Shown: piece by piece, positions 52,822 through 64,000 of the stretch
Position numbering within the stretch: the first letter of the stretch is position 1
Layout of the letters: each line of letters starts with the position of its first letter
Source: Octopus vulgaris
Lineage: Eukaryota
DNA: 64,000 bases
Direction of reading: 5' to 3'
NCBI GenBank assembly: GCA_951406725.2
Contig: OX597833.1
Location: 73,346,001 to 73,410,000, forward strand
Position numbers and translations under genes: made by a program
The notes under the pieces: model-generated
Told to the model about the DNA's origin: nothing
Seen by the model: only the letters and a program-made list of their open reading frames with translations
Database searches by the model: none

Positions 52822-53185
52822 TACTCTTTACTCTTTTTACTCTTTTATTTGTTTCAGCCATTTGACTGCGGCCATGCTGGAGCACCGCCTTTAGTCGAGC
52901 AAATCGACCCCGGGACTTATTCTTTGTAAGCCCAGTACTTATTCTATCGGTCTCCTTTTGCCAAACCGCTAAGTGACGGGGACGTAAACACACCAGCATC
53001 GGTTGTCAAGCAATGCTAAGGGGACAAACACAGACACACAAGCACACACATACATAAATATATATACATATATACGACAGGCTTCTTTCAGCTTCCGTCT
53101 ACCAAATCCACTCACAAGGCATTGGTCGGCCCGGAGCTATAGCAGAAGACACTTGCCCAAGGTGCCACGCAGTGGGACTGAACCC
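52822..53185 (-). mobile_element. SINE family A, 5'-truncated
   Basis: Near-identical to 34606-34975. Confidence 0.9.
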
Positions 53186-54020
53186 GACATATTAAATTTT
53201 ATTAAACTTCAAATATATTTTTCAAGCAATGAACAATTTTCATCAAAACGATGATATAATTTGCCGACTTGGAACTTATTGCAAAGCTGCATGATAAACA
53301 ACATTACCACCACCATCGCCACTACATCTGTTATACACCTACCATTCAGACTTCTGACACCACCACCATCAATACCTTTCCCTCCACCGCCTTCCCCTCC
53401 ATCACCATCACCACTGTTTTTCACATCGCTTACTCTCACTTCATCTCTCACCGCCTCGGCTACCACCACAACCACCATTATCACCGCCGCCTCCGCCTCT
53501 ATCACAACTACAGCTCATACTATTACTATCATCTCATTACCATCACAAAAAGGCTAAATGTGTGTGTTCGTTCAGTATGTTGCTTCAGCGTGTTAGTTCA
53601 GTAGTCAGTCCCACTCTTTCTTTCTCTTTTAATATTACTCCCTCTGCCATCAGCACTACTACTTTTAATAAAAACATCATCAACTCTCCCTAAATTTCTT
53701 TGTCTCTCTGCCTTCGCCACCGCCTTCACCGTCTCTATGCCTACTGTTACTCCCTCCCCCAATAGTAGGAGTGTCAATGAATAGTGAGAGAGGGGTTGAA
53801 GTGCGGCACACCAACACACAGAAATTATAATATAATTAGGTGAGTTAAGTTAGCAGTTATATAACGACCGTCTAAGGGATACATGTATCCAATGAATCAA
53901 CTGGTCTATTACCAATATGTAATCATAGGCATTGGTATTAATGCTCATAAATGTTAGGAAATGACTAGAATAAACAGAAGTTTAGCAATATTCAAGAAAA
54001 GAAGAAAATGGAGATAAAGG

Positions 54021-55707
<1,687 letters not shown>

Positions 55708-56732
55708 ATTTTTACACACATGCAATATCAAAAGCAGAAAAGTCTCAATTTCACATATGGTTCATAATTTCATTGTTCTTTACAATTGTTTCAACAGAGT
55801 AAAACCATCAACATTTTCTCCTGAGGAAATGGATAATACATCACATTTAAATTAATTAGTATCAATTATATATAGTATGGAATTGTATATATGATGGTGT
55901 TTTAACTCTACTGAAACAGCTGCTCTGTAACAACTTATTAAATTACTAGCTTAAAAGTCACACTCCGTGCGAATTTTTAGGCTAGCTCCTATGGAGAGCC
56001 AATTGGTCTTACGGCCCCAAACCAGGAGAGCTAAATAGCATGACTATAATACATCTATAATTACTATATGCCTCGATGATTTTTGATCAGAGGTTAAGGA
56101 TGGGTGAGCATTAATTCTGTAATGCAATCATTCTATTATTCCAGTGCCAATTTGAATTCCAATTGTTGGCCAATCTGCTCCAAAATTTTGGACGTAAAAT
56201 TAACGAAGCAAAAGAAATTTATCTACCCTTGATCTCTAACGTCATCTGACAAACGCCAACCAAGATAGCATGAATCAACCAAACTTTTCCTGCTAGAAAT
56301 AGCAGCCCAAATGCTTTTAAATCAGATTCCAATGCTGGGTACTTAAGAACTAAATGAAGGGTAGATTTTCAATCCTGAGATCCTGATTCCAAAAAGGTAT
56401 AATATGTCTATGTAGAGCAAATGTAGACTGAGATACAGGGGTCCCGGACGAACAGACACAATTTCGCTTTTATTTATATAGATAAGTAAAACTTGGGCTT
56501 TTCTGCTTTTTTGTTATTATTCTGAATATGTTGCTCACAAGTTTCGTTTTAGCCGATCTTGTATATAAATGCAAGTTTATTCTGTCAACAGTTATTGTAT
56601 GGTAATAATGTATTGGAGTTTCGTAATGTGTTATTGATCGAGCTCACAATTATGCGGGGTATATTTTATGATCATATATCAATTCAACGTGTGTATGTGT
56701 GAGTGCGTGCATGTGTGTAAGCGTGCGTGTGT

Positions 56733-56800
<68 letters not shown>

Positions 56801-56848
56801 GTGTTTCTTAACAACAATGTAACCTTCATATAGCTATAGTATCTTCAG

Positions 56849-56893
56849 TCTTAGAAGTAATAATTACTCGTTGAGTAATTATTACTTCTAAGA
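56849..56893. repeat. Perfect 21-bp hairpin within a rearranged hammerhead element
   Basis: tcttagaagtaataattactc-gtt-gagtaattattacttctaaga. Flanks are homologous to 58885-59017. Confidence 0.85.
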
Positions 56894-57179
56894 AGCTGCT
56901 AGGTAAGAAGCATATGTAGCCAGAATTTTACCTGCTCTATTCTCTCAATTTAGACTTTTATTCACATTCATAGCAATCCTAGTTGCTAACTGTGAGCTGT
57001 AAATCGAGCTTCGATATGAGAAAACCTTCTGCGTTAATAAATAATGATTGTTCCTGAAAGGTGTCCTTTTACAGCTACTACGGATCCTTGGATCCTTGAA
57101 ATTTACAATTACACACACACATGCACCATGTGGAAAATATTCCACCAATTTTATCCAAATGATATCGGTATTATGTTTA

Positions 57180-57435
57180 TAATTCAGCCATGACTAGAAC
57201 CCCGTGCAATGCATCTCCTACAAAGATCGCGATCACATCACATAAGAACATTGCGACACAATTTCTGCACTGCAAATGGACCTGCTCTTTTCAATGTTAT
57301 CACGAAGGAAATTAAAGTAGAAAAAGAACCCACAACTTTTAAACGGTACCTGGACAAATTCCTCCAGGAAATACTGGATAAACCACCTACACCTGGATAC
57401 GTCTCAACCAACAACTCTCTGCTTGAGTTAGTTAT
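57180..57435 (+). mobile_element. CR1/L2-group LINE 3' fragment
   Basis: FCTANGPALFNVI...FKRYLDKFLQEILDKPPTPGY parallels GPQLFNIL...FKSKLDIFLSRVPDEP of the 26-28 kb LINE. Confidence 0.7.
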
Positions 57436-57646
57436 GGCCTGGACCGATAATAGTCGAAACCAATCTAAGTTATCTAAATTATATATATACAGATACATAT
57501 GTATTATATATATATAAACACAGATACACATGTACTATATATATATAAACACAGGTACATATATATGACATATAGAATCACAGATACAAATATATATATA
57601 TATAAACACAGATACATACATACATATATGTATATATATGTATATA

Positions 57647-57682
<36 letters not shown>

Positions 57683-57688
57683 TGTATG

Positions 57689-57835
<147 letters not shown>

Positions 57836-58916
57836 TATATAATATATTATAATTATATTGAAACAGGTGATTTGGGAAAGTGCAGCACTGACAACAAAAC
57901 ATTTGTGGAATAAATGCTTGGCTAATTCAACTAAGCAACATGCTATGCGTTTGTTTGGAGTATTTCAGGCCTTAACCTGTCATGGAAAATTTGCTGATCT
58001 TGAGAAAATCACATCTCTCTTCAGACTCTTGCCTTCGGTTTTCTACCATCCTCCTTGCTTTATACTTGTTTCTGGAGAGATTACGTCTTTTCTGTGTTTC
58101 TGCCGCCCATTCCGTAAAACTTTATTTGAAGAGATCAGAAATTGAATGAAGAGAAAGCGAAAAGAACAGAGAAAGAAAGGGAAAGATGTATGTACGCATA
58201 TATGAAATGGGCGTGTGTGTGCATGTGTGTGTGTCAGCGTGCGTGCGCGTATGTGTGTGAGAGAGAAAGTGAGCGAAAAAGAAAGAGAGAGTGAGTGAGT
58301 GAAGGTGTGTGTCGTGATGGTCGATGTCTTTTAAGGCACACACATAGAAAATGTGACGTCATCGCATAACATATTTACGATAGTTGATTTATGGAAAAGA
58401 TTACAAAGTTAAATTTTTGAAATGCAAATATGTGAATGGAAATTTTGTTTAATTTGTAGCCGAAATAGTACTGAATCTTTTGATACCACATACGTGAAAA
58501 TCGGTAACTCGGTTTTGGAATGCATAAGGAAAATATATATATAGGACAGACTTCTTTCAACCTGAAAGTATTATCTCACATTCCAATATAGACGTAATTC
58601 TGAAATAGTGTTAGATATAATAGATTGCACTGGGCTCGCATTAGGCAAGAAGTTGGAAATTTTTTTGGCCCATGACACTGCATGGACCTTGGCTTTTATA
58701 TTTGGCGACTGTTACTTTTTATGTATATGTGTATGTATGAGCCAATGAGAGAGACCTCTACATAGTAGCTAGACCTGGTAGAAATAGCAGCCAAATCTCC
58801 CTCAAAACACCCTAATGTATATACTCGGGATCATCGGTGGATACCGTATATTTATATACGATATTATTTGTGAGGCATATTAATGATAACGTAACTTGCA
58901 TATAACTAAGCTATAT

Positions 58917-58989
58917 TCGGCCTGATGAGTTGCTTGTGGGGTAACTATTACTTCTGAGAATCTGCTAACTAAGAAACATATGTAACCGG
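58917..58989 (+). ncRNA. Hammerhead ribozyme, partially decayed stems
   Basis: tcggc-CTGATGA-gttgc...gctaactaa-GAAAC-atat-GTA-accgg. Confidence 0.62.
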
Positions 58990-59021
58990 GATTTTAACTA
59001 CTCTATTCCCTCAATTTGGAT

Positions 59022-59063
<42 letters not shown>

Positions 59064-59662
59064 GGTCAGCAGATGAGACCCAAAGATCCTCCTTATTAAA
59101 TACACTTAGTATCACTCAAATGATTTGAACTTAGACTCCAATGTTTTTACGAGGGACCAATTCTGCCGGGTAAAGAGTGGCTATAAGAGGAAGGAAGTTG
59201 AGTAGATATGGAGACAATTTTGCGGATAATTGTTTTGTTTTTGTTTTAGGTTAGTCGTGCATTTTTACGAGTAGAATAAAAAAAATTTCTTCACAGATAT
59301 CACAGACAAACGTAGCCGCGGTTTCCTCCATTGTTGGAAGTGAGAATAATTGGATCACTGGAGGTTGCTTTTCCTTCCCTTTGTAAAAATACGCTACTAA
59401 CCTAAAAAAAAAATTCCCTTCAGGTAAATTCATTTTGTCAACTGAAATAGCAGCATAATGTTCGAAATGTTGACTCTGGGATCTAAAAAATTTCTAAACT
59501 GTTACATTATTTGGAATATCCTTCATTTTAAAGTATCCATCTGAAGAAAACGATTTCTTTTGAATTGATATAATGTACTCACTAATCAATTAAAGGAGTC
59601 GTTAGAAACGGCCGTCATGGATTGATACCTGTCCTTCGTTTATATATATGCCCTTCAAATAT

Positions 59663-59725
<63 letters not shown>

Positions 59726-59737
59726 CACACATACACA

Positions 59738-59825
<88 letters not shown>

Positions 59826-60279
59826 ACACGCATATATACATGCATGCACACATACACATGTATTGGTATGTTTGTGTCTGTCGAGCCAAGGGAGGACGGA
59901 AAGCCTTTCTATGCTGGCTCGATAGTTAAAAGTAGCGCCCAGATCTACCAGAAACCATTCCGGAAAAAAACAAAACAAAGGATAGGATGATCACGGCTGA
60001 AATACTTTTAACCATAGTTTTACTTAATCAAGACTTGCCCGGGACTAATTCAACAGCAAAAACTACAAGTATCACTCCATCCAACGAGGGAGCCTCCATG
60101 TCATTAATCAGCCTGCTACAAATAATAGTCAAATTTCACTTGAATCCCACCCAGCAATTTTAAAACAACTGACACCTGCAACTATGTTATATAACATAGT
60201 ATTAGAGTGATGATGTCTGAATACAGGCTAGTATGGTCGTCTCAACGAAACCAGTAATGGCCTAGGGCTAAGAAATCGT

Positions 60280-60700
60280 TTCTAGCATAGGTACAAGGCC
60301 TGAAACTTGGGTGAGTCGATACCAATGATCACAGTACTTGACTAGTACTTTGTTTCGTTGGCCTTGAAACGACGGAAGGCAAACTGACCTTGGAAGCATT
60401 TGAACCCAGAATATAAGGAGCAGGAATAAATGTATTCAAGGTATTTTCCTGTCGATTTAATTTCCTGCCACCTCATCACCTCAACATTTCTAATCTTGGC
60501 ACAAAGCCTGCAGTTTTGAGGGAATGTTTTCAATCGGTTCCATCAACCGCAATATATGACTAGAACTTTATTTTATCGATTCCCGATTGAGAAAAGGCAA
60601 GGTCAGCCGCTGTGGAAATTGAACTCAGAATGTATAGAGGTGGAAGAATTAACGCAAGGCAGGTTGACTGATGTTCTTATGGTTTTTCTAGCTTGATGCC
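60280..60700 (-). mobile_element. Degenerate SINE family B
   Basis: Two decayed copies of aaggcaaagtcgacc...gaatttgaactcagaa. Confidence 0.6.
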
Positions 60701-61984
60701 TCCTTGCTTTAAGTAACATCAACAATAAATGTCAATAGAACAAAAAAAAATGTTTGGCTTAAAAAAGCTGTCGAATTTCCCTCAAATCACACATCCTCCA
60801 GACGTAAATAAGGTAAGATATATTAGCTAAAAAAAAAACCGACTGCAGTCCTGAACACCCAAGAGCCTGTCCGTAAATTTACGTCCAACTCCGATGTGCC
60901 ACAAGTGTCAGAGTCAAATCTCAGGATGACGTCATTCTACGTAATTTGTTGCCACAGAAACCCTGGTTGTATCTATCTAAAACTCATTCGCTTCTGCCAT
61001 TACATTCTCTCAGTGAATGTAAATTTACCACACGCACACACGCACTTACACGCACACATACACACACTCACACACACACATACATACGCACACGCCTGTG
61101 TGTATGTGTGTGTGTGTATGTGTCTCTATTTGAAAATATATATATTTTTATGCGTATACGTGTGTCTGTGTTTGTGTACATGTATCCAACGGGGCTTAAT
61201 CTGGAGACGTAAAGTTGAGATATTTTGCTGCAATAATTGGATATATTTACAGGACGTAGGCGTGTCCACAGACACACGCACATGCTCACACATATATAAA
61301 CATATACGTACATAACCACGTGCACATACACACATACACACATATTCACATGCATGCACACACACACTCATACACATTTTATTTAAAACATATATAACGT
61401 AAACCTATTTTTGTGCTAGTGTGCGTCTAGCTTGTTTAAATTATTCTAGGAGATGAAACTTTATATATAAATTAGCGCTAAGATGCTATCTTAAAGATAG
61501 TGTTTTGGAAGTTACTAGAGGGGTTTGGTGACATACAAACTCACTGATTCATTAGGCTTATAATTTTGCATGAGAGTAAAAGTATAAATGACGAAATACA
61601 CCAAGTAGCCGACAGAGGTAAGAAGAGAATAACTGGAGCAGAAGTATTGTTTGTCTGTAGATCAGCTCTGATTGGAGAAGACCGTGATGGATGCCGTCGC
61701 ATTGTGACAATACTTCGTTCATATATCCGTTACTGAATTCTCTGATGTATCCTTCTTTCTTGAAGGCTGTAGAGTGAGATTTCATTGGTTTTGGCTGCTG
61801 TCACTAATAGTTGAGCGACTGCTAGCCGTAGAGGGTCTTTTAACCATTCAAGTTTTTTTTTTTATTAGACCTCAGAAAGGTAATCCTGGCTGATCTGATG
61901 TCTGATGGAGATCTTCAGGAATAAGCTAATTATGAATCATTAACTCTTTAATTTATTCTAAGCTAAAAACGTTTAAGGAGATAA

Positions 61985-62340
61985 ATCTTTTACCTGTTTT
62001 AGTCATTAGACTGCGGTCATGTTAGAAGAACTTTTAGTCGAATGCATCGACCAAGTACTTATTTTTTAAGCCTGGTACTTATTCTATCGGCATCTTTTGC
62101 TGAACCGCTAGATTATATGGGGACATAAACACGCCAACACTGGTTGTCAAGTGGTAGTGGAGTACATCCTCAGACACACACACATACTTTCCGTTTTCGT
62201 CTACCAAATCCACTGACAAGGCTTTGGTCGGTCAGAGGCTATAGCAGAAGACACTCGCCCAGTGTGCAATGCAGTTGGAGTGAAGTCGCAATCATGTGGT
62301 TGGGAAGCAACTTTCTAACCACACAGTCACGCTTGCGCCG
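61985..62340 (-). mobile_element. Degenerate SINE family A
   Basis: tacttattctatcgg, ctaccaaatccact and ctatagcagaagacact segments are collinear with the other copies. Confidence 0.8.
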
Positions 62341-63562
62341 AAACCATTGAGAAATGCTGGTGAGGAGTTATTCAAAATTCCAATTTTTGCTTCCTAAAAA
62401 TATTTATACTTGTTTCACTCTGAAAAATATAACTCACACATACAGACATACAGATATAAACATATACAAATACACAAACTTATATAGAGACACTAGACAG
62501 ACGCAGCTAAATGTTTTCGTATTTTTAATGAAAACATTCCAGCATTCCTCAAAAACAACGTGACGTAATAATGTAGTCATTCTCATTCTTGTACATTGAC
62601 ATAAAAGGAGTAATAGGTAAATACACACGCGCACCCACACATATACATACCATGTGATATACACTGTGTGATTGTCAGCGTGTGTATGTTTACTACACAG
62701 AAAGAAAGAGGTACTCAACATGTGTACTGGAGTATATAAGAATATATGTATGTATATGCATATATAAACATATATGTGTGTTTGTGTTCTTGTGTGTATG
62801 TGAATAGATAGACATGTATTTATATATTTGTGTGTATATATATTGTGTGAGATCTTTGGTACAATTGGGTATATTTGAAAAAGAAAAACAATTACTTCAC
62901 TGGTGGTTCTAATCAGTTTAATTTATCCTTTTTTAAATTTTAGTTCATAGATCTAATAAGTACTTTGTTAACTTGGGTGTGGAGATTTTTCTAAAAATTC
63001 CTTGTTAACTTTTTTGGAGAACTTCCTCGCATTCGTTGTCAAACAGATCTGAGGACTTGGGGTTCGGGGACTCTATTGATGGGGTTTGGGTGTGTGTGTG
63101 GGAGTGAAAGACTGCTGATGAATGATAGCTGAAAGTAATGAGTGGTCAACACAAGATACTTGGTTGGGTGTGGAGTTGGGAGGTGGCGGGGTGTTGTTTT
63201 GTGAAGCCATTTGAACAGTTTGACCTTTGATCAGAAATCTAATCACCAGATGTTTTTCCAAATTCTTTCTTTTGGTTATTTTCTATCTTTTTGTTGTGTG
63301 TCTGAGGTGGTATAATGGTAATGAGATCCAGATATTTTTCTGTATAGTGCTCAAAAGATTCAAACTTAGACTCCGATGTCTTTACAGGGACTCATCCCAC
63401 AAGGTAAAGAAAGGCTATAAGTGGGATCAGGTTGAGTGAGTATAGAAGCAATTATGGGGATACACAAATTAGACAGATCATATATATTAAAGACATCTAA
63501 TGCAAAATACGTTTATATGCATAAATGCAAAACGTGGAAACTTTCAGATGACGAATTTTTAT

Positions 63563-63651
<89 letters not shown>

Positions 63652-64000
63652 ACAATAAATCTCTGAGCGAGGTATACTATACTTCACAATTATAAATATG
63701 TAGATATCTATATTAATAGGTCCAGCTTACACAGATTACAAGCGTCAGAGAAAATTAAAGAGGTTTGTACACTGTGTAAGTTAAAAACCCTCACGCACAT
63801 GGCACACTTTGGTTCTTCTCTGATGAGAAACATTCCGACCAAGACCAACTGTTTAACAGGAGAAATGAGAGATGGTTATGTGCAGATACTTCTGATGTCT
63901 CAGAGTGATGCACACTAAGTTGCCAACAGCTATAATGGTTTTACTAGTTGTGAGTAACGAGGTTGTATCATTCCACCTCACATTTTCCTCCAGGATCTTG

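Noticed and set aside
59251-59335. Minus-strand FVCDICEEIFF...H, C2H2 zinc-finger-like peptide
   Set aside because: Single, wrongly spaced, stops before the second His, and has no neighbouring fingers.
61640-61735. Possible internal exon (tgtag|ATCAGCTCTG...)
   Set aside because: No resemblance to the expected PDE9 exon 2 and no good donor site.
63040-63470. Possible minus-strand Penelope GIY-YIG C-terminus (RKNLEKHLVIRF), related to 59120-59220
   Set aside because: It is a repeat, but the motif evidence is too weak and no hammerhead was found downstream.
63817-63870. CTGATGA...GAAA motif
   Set aside because: There is no NUH cleavage triplet with a matching stem I or III.
63970-64000. Splice-acceptor-like cattttcctccag near the window end
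   Set aside because: Only 7 nt follow, so it cannot be evaluated.

Overview
AT-rich, microsatellite-dense eukaryotic DNA. The SINE/LINE repertoire is consistent with an octopus or other coleoid cephalopod genome (inference). Only one host coding exon is recognisable: a 69-nt first coding exon at 12756-12824 (+), MGASSSMDTSRVIHLELDGRKEK followed by a GT donor, which resembles the N-terminus of cGMP phosphodiesterase PDE9. Everything downstream (more than 51 kb) looks like its first intron. The rest of the window is transposon debris: RTE, Tx1, CR1/L2-group and R4/Dong LINEs, several tRNA-derived SINE families, a near-intact mellifera-type mariner, MITEs, Helentron-like ends and a 4.6-kb 18-bp minisatellite. 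The most striking unexplained structure is a dense set of about a dozen hammerhead-ribozyme motifs between 22.9 and 59 kb. Most sit in short non-coding fold-back (palindrome plus one-sided tail) elements, often next to (TA)n tracts, and Penelope GIY-YIG relics lie nearby. Several have unusual stem II insertions, one of them a ~620-nt ATT/ATC microsatellite, or variant catalytic cores. Most ORF-track entries are microsatellite artefacts.
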